Assembly: GCA_963724295.1 (NCBI GenBank)
Contig: CAVRUC010000010.1
Span: forward strand, 192,001 to 256,000
Source: an uncultured Chloroflexia bacterium
GTDB taxonomy: Bacteria; Chloroflexota; Chloroflexia; Thermomicrobiales; UBA6265
Direction: 5' to 3'
DNA: 64,000 nucleotides
Shown here: positions 19,662-29,258 of the stretch, one piece after another
Numbering within the stretch: position 1 is the stretch's first letter
Layout: every line of letters begins with the position of its first letter
Notes under the pieces: generated by a model
Database searches by the model: none
Told to the model about the DNA's origin: nothing
What the model saw: only the letters and a program-made list of their open reading frames with translations
Position numbers and translations under genes: made by a program

Positions 19662-21228
19662 GAGCCACACCATCTAGCAACCGTCGAGTCGCTGGGGTCA
19701 TCGCATTCGTAACTGTCGCGCTCCTTGGGTTGGGTCCTAGCAACACCCGTGGCGGCGCATCCCGCTTGGCAATTTCAGCGTCAACCAGTACAGCCGGATC
19801 GAGATCGGCACGGACCAGGCGCGTCTGCTCTACGTGCTCGATCTGGCCGAGCTGCCGACCGTGGCCGATAGACCGCTGCTCGATAGTGACGGGGACGGTG
19901 CGATCGCCGGCGCGGAGCGCGAGTCGTACCTTGCGGCCAAGCTGTCCGAGATCGCGCCCGCGCTCCACCTCTTCGCTGGCTCGACCGAGCTCGCCCTGCG
20001 ACCCACCGCGCAATCGCTGGCCCTCGTGCCCGGTGAGGCCGGGCTCGACACGACCCGCGTCGAAGTCACCTTCATCGCCGACCTGCCGCCGCTCGCGGGC
20101 GACGCGGGACAGCTCACATTCCGCAACGATTTCGCGAGCGACCGCCTGGGCTGGCGGGAGATCGTCGTCGCCAACGGTCCCGACGTCAGCATCGACAGGT
20201 CAGCCGAGCTCGCCTTCGATCGATCAAACGCGCTGCACGTCTATCCCGACGATCTCCTCTCCAGTCCCCTCGACGAGCGAACCGTGACCGTTGCCTACCA
20301 GTCCTCGCCCGGCGCCGCGGCGGCGAGCGCAGAGCGCGCCACGATGGCGTCAGGTCCGGCGGGCATCGGCCAGCACCTGGAGGAGATCATCAGCGGCGGG
20401 ACCCGCTCCACGAGCGGATTGCTCCTGGCCCTCGTCGCCGCGGCGGCATGGGGCGCGGTGCATGCCCTCTCCCCCGGACACGGCAAGACCGTGGTCGGCG
20501 CCTATCTGGTCGGCAGCCGGGGCACGCCCCGTCACGCGCTCTTCCTGGGGCTGACCGTCACCATCACGCACACCGCCGGAGTGATCGCGCTGGGGCTGAT
20601 CATCCTCTTCGCGTCGCGCACGATCTTGCCGGAGCAGCTCTATCCGTGGCTGAGCTTAGCCTCCGGCCTCCTCGTCGCCGTCCTCGGTCTGACCATCCTG
20701 CGGCAGCGGCTCCTGGGTCTGCCCGCCTTTGGCCACCATCATGACGATCACAGCCATGGCCACGATCACGACCACGACCACGCACATGAATACGGCCATG
20801 ACCACGATCACTCAGACGAGCACGCCCACGCGCATGCCCACGGGCTCGTTCACTCGCACGATGGGCACGTCCATAGCCATCTCCCGCCCGGCGCCGCAGG
20901 CGAGCGCTTGACCTGGCGCAGCCTGCTGGCCCTGGGGATCTCCGGCGGGCTCCTCCCCTGCCCGTCAGCCCTGCTCGCCTTGCTGGGCGCGGTCGCGGTC
21001 GGTCGCGCCGGGTTCGGTCTGATGGTCGTGGTGTCCTTCAGCCTGGGGCTAGCGGCCACGCTAACCGGCGTCGGGCTCCTCTTCCTCTACGCCGGTCGCT
21101 TCCTGGAGCGGCGCGCCCTCACCGGTCGCTGGTCCGGCATCCTCCGGTTCGCTCCGGCCCTTGCCGCGGTAGCGGTTACCGCCTCCGGCGCCATGATCGT
21201 CGCCCGGTCACTGCTGGAACTCCGCTGA
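19658..21228 (+). CDS. Ni/Co transporter (NicO/RcnA-like) with extracellular N-domain and His-rich loop; frameshift near 19750
   Basis: HPLGNFSVNQY N-domain, HALSPGHGKTVVGAYLVG, THTAGV, GLLPCPSAL, HHHDDHSHGHDHDHDH tract. Confidence 0.87.
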
Positions 21229-21285
21229 ATCTGCCCTCGCTCTCGTTGAGGGAGCGTTCACCGAGGTTCGTGCCGGGTCCACTCC

Positions 21286-21324
21286 TGTCACCCAATTGAC
21301 TCACAACCTGTCATCCCGTTGACG
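21286..21324. promoter_or_regulatory. Two tandem TGTCA-N6-TGAC sites
   Basis: TGTCAcccaatTGACT (21286-21301) and TGTCAtcccgtTGACG (21309-21324), upstream of the Cys-rich gene. Confidence 0.45.
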
Positions 21325-21412
21325 GCGCTGCCAAGCCACGGCTGCTGCAATGGATGCACGGCTCCGAAGCGTTCAGGGCCGGGCAGATCAGCAGATCAGA
21401 GGAGGTGCCGCC

Positions 21413-21916
21413 GTGGACAATTTCGGTTTCGATGATATGGCGAAAGCCCTCGCCACCCCCCTCACACGACGCGCGAGCTTTGGTCTTATTGCCGCTGGCC
21501 TGCTTGGCCTGACCTCGGTTACCGACGACGCAATGGCTCGCAAGCGCAAAAAGCGGCGCAACAACAACAACCGTTGCAAGTCGCAGGGAACGACCTGCGC
21601 CACCGGCGAATCCTGCTGCTCAGGCACGTGCGACTTCCTCGTCAAGGGAGGCACCTGCGCTCCCTGCAAGGGCCGTTCATGCGATGCCACGCGGCCGTGC
21701 TGCGGTGGTCAGGTTTGCACGAACGGGTACTGCGGAGGCTGCCGGGACCGCGCTGTGTCCTGCACGAGCTCCAGCCAATGCTGCTTCAGCGACTGCATCA
21801 GCGGCGCCTGCCTGTCGGCGCAGGGTGGGCGGTGCGCGCGCGACGTCGATTGCCGCGCCTGCTACCTCGGCCAGAACTGCGACGGCGCCTGTGTGAACGG
21901 CAGCTGCACGGCCTGA
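21413..21916 (+). CDS. Tat-type secreted Cys-rich protein (24 Cys, knottin-like repeats)
   Basis: RBS aggagg plus GTG; FDDMAKALATPLTRRASFGL leader; RKRKKRR; three C-C-CC-C-C units. Confidence 0.85.
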   Translation: MDNFGFDDMAKALATPLTRRASFGLIAAGLLGLTSVTDDAMARKRKKRRNNNNRCKSQGTTCATGESCCSGTCDFLVKGGTCAPCKGRSCDATRPCCGGQVCTNGYCGGCRDRAVSCTSSSQCCFSDCISGACLSAQGGRCARDVDCRACYLGQNCDGACVNGSCTA

Positions 21917-22026
21917 GCGCGGGTCAGCGGCGCCAAAAACCGCGCCACCGGTACGCATCGTGCGTGACAGTTCCCGCTGCCCGGCGGCGTCCGGGCTGAA
22001 GATGGCACCTGGAGCGGAGGCACACG

Positions 22027-22245
22027 ATGGCGAAGCGGGACCACGACAAGGACCAGGATCTCGATCCGGCAGGCGCTCACGGCGGCGATACTGGCAAGTC
22101 GTCCTTCAAGGGTGATGGCCCCCAGGCGGAGAAGGGTGACCAGCGTCGCGACACCCCCGTCCACAGCGGCCCGACCCGCCGCGGCTCACAGGGGACGGGC
22201 AGCAAGCACGGCAAGCGCTCCGGCTCCGAGAGCAACGCCTCCTAG
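22027..22245 (+). CDS. Small hydrophilic disordered protein
   Basis: RBS ggagg, 72 aa, G/S/K/D-rich, GC3-biased codons. Confidence 0.6.
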   Translation: MAKRDHDKDQDLDPAGAHGGDTGKSSFKGDGPQAEKGDQRRDTPVHSGPTRRGSQGTGSKHGKRSGSESNAS

Positions 22246-22350
22246 GAGCAGCGCCCCAACCGCCGGCCGCGAGCGAACCCACCGCAACCGCGGCCGCGCC
22301 AGGGGCCGCAGACACGCCCCGGGCTTCACGGAACTGCCGGCAGGACCGGC

Positions 22351-22836
22351 CTACGACGAACCACCAAGCCCGCAGCAGAACTCCGCGATCTGGGCGCTGT
22401 GCTCCCGCTTGTGGCCGTACGACATGTAGGTGATCAGATCCTCGAGGTCGTACTCCGCCCCGTACCAGGAGAGAATGCCGGCTTGCCGTCGTTGCTCGAG
22501 CGGAATTCGCGCCAGCATCTCCGCGGCGCGCTCGTGGGCCTGGGTGTACTCGGCGAGGGTCTCTTCTGAACTCTGCCCGCGCCGCTGCTCGACCTGGGTG
22601 TCGTTGAAGGCCTCACCCCGGCTCATCATCAGACCGAGCGTCTCGGTCGGTTCTTCACCCAGAATGCCGGCGAACGCGTCCCCGGTCGCCAGCTCGTACG
22701 ACGCGAGATGGGCGATCACGTCCTTCGCCGACCAGACCCCGCAGACGCCGGGCGTCTCCCACTGCTCGGCCGGAAACCCCTCGACGGCGCCAAGAACGGT
22801 GAGATGACCGTAGCGGAAGACATCGTCGGCGTTCAT
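22351..22836 (-). CDS. DinB/MDMPI family protein
   Basis: GVWSAKDVIAHLASYE, YGHKREHSAQI. Confidence 0.85.
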   Translation of the reverse strand: MNADDVFRYGHLTVLGAVEGFPAEQWETPGVCGVWSAKDVIAHLASYELATGDAFAGILGEEPTETLGLMMSRGEAFNDTQVEQRRGQSSEETLAEYTQAHERAAEMLARIPLEQRRQAGILSWYGAEYDLEDLITYMSYGHKREHSAQIAEFCCGLGGSS

Positions 22837-22920
22837 CGGTCGGCCCTCCTGCGTTGACGGTTGCCTGGTATCGGAGACCGTTCGCTGCGTTTCCCGCCAA
22901 TCCTACAGGTCAATGACCCC

Positions 22921-24090
22921 CTACGCCGCAAGCTCGCGCATGACCGCGTAGAGCGGCGCTTTCAGCTCGAAGCCGATGCCCGGGGCGTCGGGCAAGGCGA
23001 CGTAGCCGTTCTCGACCGGAACCGTGTCGGCGAAGCCGCCGAAGGGCTGGAAGATGCCGGGGTACGACTCGTTCCCGCCCAGCCCCAACCCGGCGGCCAT
23101 GTTGAGCGAGATCTGGTGCCCGCCGTGGGGGACGACCGTCCGCCGCGACCATCCGTGCTCGTCCAGCATGTCGAGGATGCGCAGATACTCGACCAGTCCG
23201 TACGAGAGGGCGCAGTCGAACTGCAGGACGTCCCGGTCCGGGCGCATCCCGCCGTAGCGAATCAGATTGCGTGCATCCTGCACCGAGAAGAGGTTCTCCC
23301 CGGTCGCCAGGGTATTGGGATAGACCTCGCCTAGCCTTGCCTGGAGCTCGTAGTCGAGCGGGTCTCCCGCCTCCTCGTACCAGCGCAGCCCATACGGCGC
23401 CAGCGCGTCGGCGTAGGCCAATGCCGTCTCCAGGTCGAAGCGGCCGTTGGCGTCGACCGCCAGGCGGGAGCCATCGCCGTCCACAACCTGCAGCACGGCC
23501 TCGATCCGGCGCAGATCCTCATCCAGGGACGCACCGCCGATCTTCATCTTCACCGTCGTGTAGCCCAGGGCCAGATAGCCCCGCATCTCCGCCTGCAGCG
23601 CCGCGAGATCCTTGCCCGGCTCGTAGTACCCACCGGCGGCGTAGACCCACACCCGGTCGTCGACCTCGCCGTTCCGGTAGCGATCGGCCAGCACCCGGTA
23701 GAGCGGTTTCTCCTCGATCTTGGCGACCACGTCCCAGATGGCCATGTCGATGACGCCGACCGCGACCGAGCGCTCGCCGTGCCCACCCGGTTTCTCACCG
23801 GTCATCAGCGTCGCCCAGATGCGGTGCGGATCGAAATTCTGGCCGTCATCGGCTAGGAGAGACGGCGGGTCGGCCTCCATCAGCCGCGGGATGAAGCGAT
23901 CCCGTAGCAGACCGTGCGGCGCGTAGCGGCCATTCGAATTGAACCCGTAGCCGACAACGCGGCGGCCATCCCGCTCGACGTCGGTGATGACCGCGATGAC
24001 CGAGACGTCCATCTTGCTGAAGTCGATGTAGGCATTCTTCAGCGACGAGGAGATCGGCACGGTCGTCTGCCGGACGTCGACGATTCTCAT
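22921..24090 (-). CDS. tarD: Mandelate racemase subgroup enzyme, D-tartrate dehydratase-like
   Basis: RIVDVR..PISS..NAYIDFSKM..VVGYGFNSNGRY, EKPGGHGERSVAVG, KMKIG, VDANG, WYEE, TGEN, PHGGH. Confidence 0.8.
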   Translation of the reverse strand: MRIVDVRQTTVPISSSLKNAYIDFSKMDVSVIAVITDVERDGRRVVGYGFNSNGRYAPHGLLRDRFIPRLMEADPPSLLADDGQNFDPHRIWATLMTGEKPGGHGERSVAVGVIDMAIWDVVAKIEEKPLYRVLADRYRNGEVDDRVWVYAAGGYYEPGKDLAALQAEMRGYLALGYTTVKMKIGGASLDEDLRRIEAVLQVVDGDGSRLAVDANGRFDLETALAYADALAPYGLRWYEEAGDPLDYELQARLGEVYPNTLATGENLFSVQDARNLIRYGGMRPDRDVLQFDCALSYGLVEYLRILDMLDEHGWSRRTVVPHGGHQISLNMAAGLGLGGNESYPGIFQPFGGFADTVPVENGYVALPDAPGIGFELKAPLYAVMRELAA

Positions 24091-24106
24091 TGATACTCCT
24101 GTTTGG

Positions 24107-25291
24107 TCAGGCGCGGAAATCGCCCTTTGCGATCGACCCCGGATTGTCATGGCGGAAGGTGCTGAAGGCCAGGCCCGTCACTCCCGGTTGCTGCAGCACG
24201 CCGGTCTCCGCCTCGTCACAGCGCGGGCTCCACTGCCGGGCGACGACGAGCTCGATCCCCGTCCGTTGCGCCACCGGGCCGTAGTCTTCCCGTAGCATCG
24301 TCTCCAGCGGCGGTAGGTTGAGGTTGTCGAGCGGATTCTGGCGATAGCCATAGCCGCGGTGCATCGGCCAGAGCTGGTGCCACATCGACGGACACTGCGA
24401 GGAATTCTGGTCGATCACCAGGGCGTCGATGAGCCCCTCCTCGGCCCACCTGCGCCACCCGATCGGCCAGTTGCCAACCGGCGGTCCGATGATGTCGCCT
24501 CGCGGCACGCCCACCGAGAGCCGGGTTCCGAGCGGGCGCAAATCGTCACGCAGCTCGCGCAGAAACGTCGTGAAGAACTCGCCGTTCACGGTCCGCCAGG
24601 CGTCGAGGTCGAAATCCTGATGGAGAATGTCGACGCCGTGCCGCTCCCGCATCGCCTCCTGCACCGGCTCGTTGAACCCAAACTGGTCGGCGAAGATCGC
24701 CGGTCTCGCCTGGGTGCGCAGGCAAAGAAAGACGCCATCCCAGTCATACCCACGCAGGTACTCCTGGATACGATCGCGGAAATGCTGGCGCACCTCGGGA
24801 TAGCCGAAGCAAAGGACGCCCCACTGCCGCGTCTCCCCGGCGCGATCGACGACGGCGAACTCCGGATGTGCCCGGCTGAAGGTCGATTGCCAGGTGACGT
24901 GCTGGCCGTGCATGGCGTTGTGGAAGCTGCGCTCGCGCTCCCGCCGCGATGGCAGCGGGCGTCCCTCGTCGAGGACCGAGACGTAGAGCTCAGCCCGCAT
25001 GCCGCGCTCGTGAGCCAGACGTGGCACGACCGCGAAATCGTCCCAATCGATCTCGCGGATGCGTCGCTGGTGCGTGCGCGGGTTACCGGCCGACGCGTAG
25101 TAGCGCGCGTGGTCGCGCCTGGTACGCACCTCGCGCCAGTGCAGCGTGGTGGCTCCAAGCTCCTCTCGCCAGCGGTCCATCCGCCGCGCGACGGCGTCGA
25201 TCGTCGCCAGCCGCCCGTCGCCCTCACCGAAAACGAGGTGATCGGGCCACGAGACGCTGGCGATGTTGCCGCTCTGACCGTGCCCTGTCAT
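24107..25291 (-). CDS. Hypothetical TIM-barrel protein (GHL10-like)
   Basis: LAHERGMRAELY, LCFGYPEVRQHF, YDWDGVFL, WAEEGLIDAL pattern. Confidence 0.6.
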   Translation of the reverse strand: MTGHGQSGNIASVSWPDHLVFGEGDGRLATIDAVARRMDRWREELGATTLHWREVRTRRDHARYYASAGNPRTHQRRIREIDWDDFAVVPRLAHERGMRAELYVSVLDEGRPLPSRRERERSFHNAMHGQHVTWQSTFSRAHPEFAVVDRAGETRQWGVLCFGYPEVRQHFRDRIQEYLRGYDWDGVFLCLRTQARPAIFADQFGFNEPVQEAMRERHGVDILHQDFDLDAWRTVNGEFFTTFLRELRDDLRPLGTRLSVGVPRGDIIGPPVGNWPIGWRRWAEEGLIDALVIDQNSSQCPSMWHQLWPMHRGYGYRQNPLDNLNLPPLETMLREDYGPVAQRTGIELVVARQWSPRCDEAETGVLQQPGVTGLAFSTFRHDNPGSIAKGDFRA

Positions 25292-25362
25292 GCGAGACCG
25301 ACGCTCTTCTGTCGATTGCGCCTCGTTTTGCTTGGTAAAAGAGAGCAAACGACGGTGCGACT

Positions 25363-26361
25363 TCACGTCCGACTTCCGACTCCGCCAGCGGCAACGGTCT
25401 CCCGACTCCGTTGGAAGTAGCGCCAGCGTTGCGCCGGATCGGTGACGGTCCGCGCCCAGGTGGCCAGCAGGTTGAGCGAGAGCGCGGTCAACAGGATCGC
25501 CAGACCGGGGAAGGTGACCAGCCACCAGGCGGTGGTGATGTACTGCCGGCCCTGCGAGAGCATCAGCCCCCAGGACGATTGCGGCGGCTGGATTCCGAGA
25601 CCGAGGAAGCTCAACGCGGCTTCGGTGAGGATCATGTAGGCGACTTCGAGAGTCGCCAGCACCACGATCGGCGAGAGCAGATTCGGCAGCAGATGACGCA
25701 GGATGATGCGGCGGTCAGTGCATCCGGTCGCCCGCGCGGCTTCGACGAAGATATTCTCGCGGTAAGAGAGCACCAGACCCCGCGTCACCCGTGCGTAGAC
25801 CATCCAGCGGGTGATGGCGAGCACGAAGATGACGTTCAAGACCCCACCGCCGATGACATAGAGGACGAACAGCGCCAAGAGCAGCGACGGGAATCCCATC
25901 TGGATGTCGACCAGGCGCATGATCGCGTCGTCGACATGCCCGCGATAGAACCCGGCCAGGAGACCCAGGATCGTGCCGACGGTCCCGGAAATGAAAACGC
26001 TCACCAGACCGACAGCCAGTGAGACACGGCTACCAAAGATGAGCCGGCTCAGCTCGTCCCGCCCCAGCTGGTCGGTACCCATGATGTGGGGAATCGACCC
26101 GCCGTCTTCGGGCATCGTCATCGGCGGCTTGTTGCGCATGAGCAGGCTCTGGTCGTTCGGGTCGAAGGGGGCGACCAGCGGCGCGAAGATCGCCGAGATG
26201 GCCAGCAGCACGAGGAAGATGCAGGCCCCGACCGCCAGCTTGTCCTGGAGCAGCGCGCCGCCATAGACCCGCAATCGGCTCGCGGGCGCCGAGCGCATCG
26301 CGTCGTCATACCGCGTCAGTGCCGGCGGCGCGGCCGGGATCGCCTCGCTTACCCCGCTCAT
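25363..26361 (-). CDS. Peptide/nickel ABC permease (DppC-like)
   Basis: MGTDQLGRD, FVEAARATG (EAA loop), LSFLGLGIQPPQSSWG. Confidence 0.93.
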   Translation of the reverse strand: MSGVSEAIPAAPPALTRYDDAMRSAPASRLRVYGGALLQDKLAVGACIFLVLLAISAIFAPLVAPFDPNDQSLLMRNKPPMTMPEDGGSIPHIMGTDQLGRDELSRLIFGSRVSLAVGLVSVFISGTVGTILGLLAGFYRGHVDDAIMRLVDIQMGFPSLLLALFVLYVIGGGVLNVIFVLAITRWMVYARVTRGLVLSYRENIFVEAARATGCTDRRIILRHLLPNLLSPIVVLATLEVAYMILTEAALSFLGLGIQPPQSSWGLMLSQGRQYITTAWWLVTFPGLAILLTALSLNLLATWARTVTDPAQRWRYFQRSRETVAAGGVGSRT

Positions 26362-27275
26362 CCGTAGCGCACCCGCGGATCGAGGAAGGAATAGGTCAGG
26401 TCGATCAGCAGATTCACGGTCACGATCATGACCGCGATGACCATCACCGACGCTTCGATCAGCGGCAGATCACGCCGCTCGATCGCCTGGATCAGCAGGA
26501 TGCCGACCCCCGGCCAGCCGAAAACGGTCTCGATCACCACCGCGCCGTTCAGCAGCGACGCCGCCTCGTCGCCGACCAGGGTCGCCACCGGGATGGAGGC
26601 GTTCTTCAGGGTGTGGAGATAGACCACGACCCGCTCGGTGAGTCCTTTGGCGCGGGCGGTGGTCACGTACGGCTGGCTGAACTGATCCAGCATCGCGCTG
26701 CGCACCACCTGGCTGATGCGGCCCAGGGGCCGGAACGCCAGGGCCACCGCGGGCAGGATTACGAACTGAACCCCGCCGTAGCCAGAGGTCGGCAGCCAGC
26801 CGAGCCGGACCGCGAAAAACAGGATCAGCATCAGACCGAGCCAGAAATCAGCAGTCGAGACACCGCCCAGTGAGACGACCGTCACCGACCGATCGACGAC
26901 CGACCCGGGACGGATCGCCGAGATGATGCCGAGCAAGATTGCTAACGGCACAGCGAGCAGCAGCGTGGCCGAGGCGAGGTAGAGCGTCGCCGGCAGGCGG
27001 TCGAGCACGACCGGGAGGGCCGGCACCCGCTGCCAGATCGAATCGCCGAAGTCGCCCCGTACCACGCCGCCGAGGAAGCGCCCAAATTGGACCAGAATCG
27101 GATCGTTGAGACCGAGCCGCTCGCGCACGGCCTGTCGCTGCTCTTCAGTGGCCTCCGGCCGCAGCATCAGATCGACCGGGTCGCCGACGAGGTGCGTCAT
27201 GAAGAAGACGACCACGATCAGACCCAGCAGGACGAAGAAGGAATGCATGAGCCGGCGCAGCAGATACGGGCCGAT
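26358..27275 (-). CDS. Peptide/nickel ABC permease (DppB-like)
   Basis: GDPV..LGLNDP..GDFGDS, YVTTARAKGL, ETVFGWPGVG; typical N-terminus GPYLLRRL begins at an ATC codon at 27275. Confidence 0.9.
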   Translation of the reverse strand: MGPYLLRRLMHSFFVLLGLIVVVFFMTHLVGDPVDLMLRPEATEEQRQAVRERLGLNDPILVQFGRFLGGVVRGDFGDSIWQRVPALPVVLDRLPATLYLASATLLLAVPLAILLGIISAIRPGSVVDRSVTVVSLGGVSTADFWLGLMLILFFAVRLGWLPTSGYGGVQFVILPAVALAFRPLGRISQVVRSAMLDQFSQPYVTTARAKGLTERVVVYLHTLKNASIPVATLVGDEAASLLNGAVVIETVFGWPGVGILLIQAIERRDLPLIEASVMVIAVMIVTVNLLIDLTYSFLDPRVRYG

Positions 27276-27291
27276 AGTCGTGTGCTCCTAC

Positions 27292-27457
27292 GGGAGGGGG
27301 GCGCTTCGCTGAGGGGGGAAGGGGGGTCGCTGCGCTCAAGGGGGGAAGGGGGATAGGACGACGAGCGATGCTATCCCTCGTACTCCTCTCCCCCTCAGGC
27401 CGCGTAGCGGCCGCCCCCCTCAGCGTAGCGCCCCCCTTAGCGAAGCGCCCCCCTTAC
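27292..27457. repeat. G-tract/C-tract inverted repeat element with CGCTTCGCT motifs
   Basis: gggggcgcttcgctgagggggg.. pairs with ..ccccccttagcgaagcgcccccc; a related array is at 37905-37995. Confidence 0.75.
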
Positions 27458-27461
27458 ACCG

Positions 27462-29093
27462 CTACGCGTTGTACGACATCTCCTTGACCAGCATGAAGGC
27501 GTCGAGACGGGGCGTCCAGTTCAGGTCCGCGGCCACGCCATAGAAAAACGGCAGGTGGACGATCGGGATCACCGGAATTCGCTCCATGAACGCTGCGGTC
27601 GTCGCCGCCAGCTCTGCGGCCCGCTCGTCACCGGTGATCACGGCCGACTCGGCGGTCATCGTGTCGATCTCCGGGTCACAGAAGGTCGAAACGCCGCCAT
27701 CGCAACGGTAGTAACCGGAGAACGTCTGGCTGACGTCCATCATCTCGTTGCCGTGGCCGAGCGTGCCGATCCAGCCGCGCTCAGTCGGAATCTCGTCATA
27801 GGGCATCACGTACTGTTCCTGATAGGCGGCGTGCTCGATGACCTCGGTCCTGGCGTTGAGACCGATCTCATTGAGCTGGTTGGCGACGTACTCACCCAGC
27901 TCCTCGTTGCGCGGGTAAGCGCCCTGCCGGACGGCGACGGTGATCTCCATGTCGACCGGAACGCCATCGGCCGCCGCCTCCTGGACGAGCTGCGTCGCGC
28001 GCTCCATGTCGTACGGCAGGGCCGTAAGCTCCTCGTTGAAGCCGACGGCAGATGGGCCGACGAGCTGGGCGGCCACCTGACCCCCGCCGAAGATCTGCTC
28101 GACGAGGCTCTCCTTGTCAACCGCCAGGCCGATCGCCTCGCGGATGCGGATATCACCCATCACCGGATGCATGGTGTCGAGGCGCAGGAAGATCGTCTCG
28201 ACGCTCGGCGCCTCCAGGCAGACCGGCGTTGTGGCGCAATCGTCGGGAGCCAGGAAACGCCCGATCTGCGCCTCACCGGCGGTCACCTGCGCGGCGCGCA
28301 CGGTCGACTCTGGCCGCCAGACGTACTGGACGTCCTTGATCGACTGCTGGCCGAAGGCAGCCTCGGGATCGCCATTCCCCCACCAGTCCGCGTACGCGGT
28401 GAGATTGATGTGATCGCCACGGACCCACTCGACAAACTGGTACGGACCGGTCCCGATCGGCTCATTCGGCAGTGAATCGGGCCGCTCCTCGACCTGCACC
28501 ATGTTCGGCAGCGGGGCGAAGTAGAGGCGAGCCGGCAGAATCGGGTCCGCCTCCGCGGCCGAGACGTCAATCGTCATCTCGTCGACGACCGCCGCGCTGA
28601 TCTGCGGTCCCATGAACTGGGTGATGTCGAAGGCGTTCTCCTCAGACCAGGTGAAGTTGACACCATCGGCCGCGACCTGCGCATTGAATGGGGACCCATC
28701 ATGGAAGGTCACGCCCTCGCGCAGGGTGAAGCGAATGGTGCGGTCGTCGGTCCACTCCCAGGCGGTGGCCAGCTCGCCGACAAGCTCGTTGGTCTCCGGA
28801 TTGCGGTTGAGGAGCGCCTCGAAGATATTGCGCAAGACCGGATGGCCGTCGAGGCTGTAGGCGTTCCAGTTCTCCAGAGTCGCCGGCTCCGCCGACAGCG
28901 AGATTACGATCTGACCGGCCGGCTCCGCCGCCTGGGCGAAGGCCGCCCCGGGTGTCGCGCGTAGCGCCATCCCGATCGCCGACGCCGACAACCCCAGCGC
29001 GGCACCCCGCGTCACAAGCTCGCGGCGGGTCATTGCGCCCGCGGCGGCGTCGGCAATGAACTGATCGATTGGTCGAAGTTCGCGTCGCGACAT
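27462..29093 (-). CDS. Tat-exported family 5 ABC substrate-binding protein
   Basis: MTRRELVTRGAALGLS leader, FTLREGVTFHDGSPF, PIGTGPY. Confidence 0.93.
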   Translation of the reverse strand: MSRRELRPIDQFIADAAAGAMTRRELVTRGAALGLSASAIGMALRATPGAAFAQAAEPAGQIVISLSAEPATLENWNAYSLDGHPVLRNIFEALLNRNPETNELVGELATAWEWTDDRTIRFTLREGVTFHDGSPFNAQVAADGVNFTWSEENAFDITQFMGPQISAAVVDEMTIDVSAAEADPILPARLYFAPLPNMVQVEERPDSLPNEPIGTGPYQFVEWVRGDHINLTAYADWWGNGDPEAAFGQQSIKDVQYVWRPESTVRAAQVTAGEAQIGRFLAPDDCATTPVCLEAPSVETIFLRLDTMHPVMGDIRIREAIGLAVDKESLVEQIFGGGQVAAQLVGPSAVGFNEELTALPYDMERATQLVQEAAADGVPVDMEITVAVRQGAYPRNEELGEYVANQLNEIGLNARTEVIEHAAYQEQYVMPYDEIPTERGWIGTLGHGNEMMDVSQTFSGYYRCDGGVSTFCDPEIDTMTAESAVITGDERAAELAATTAAFMERIPVIPIVHLPFFYGVAADLNWTPRLDAFMLVKEMSYNA

Positions 29094-29201
29094 TGAGACC
29101 TCCTCTGCTCACGCTTTGAGTCACGAGGACCGAGTACCCGCAACGTCGCGGGACCCACGGCATGAGATCCGGTCGTGCACCAAAGCCCAGGAACGGCCCT
29201 C

Positions 29202-29235
29202 ACCCTATCGCCGCGCTATTTGCCTGTCAATAGCG
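29202..29235 (-). promoter_or_regulatory. Sigma70 promoter TTGACA-N17-TAGGGT with overlapping operator CGCTATT-N8-AATAGCG
   Basis: Minus strand TTGACAggcaaatagcgcggcgaTAGGGT; 7-bp IR at 29214-29220 and 29229-29235. Confidence 0.65.
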
Positions 29236-29258
29236 GAGGAGAACCGCCTCGGCGTCGC

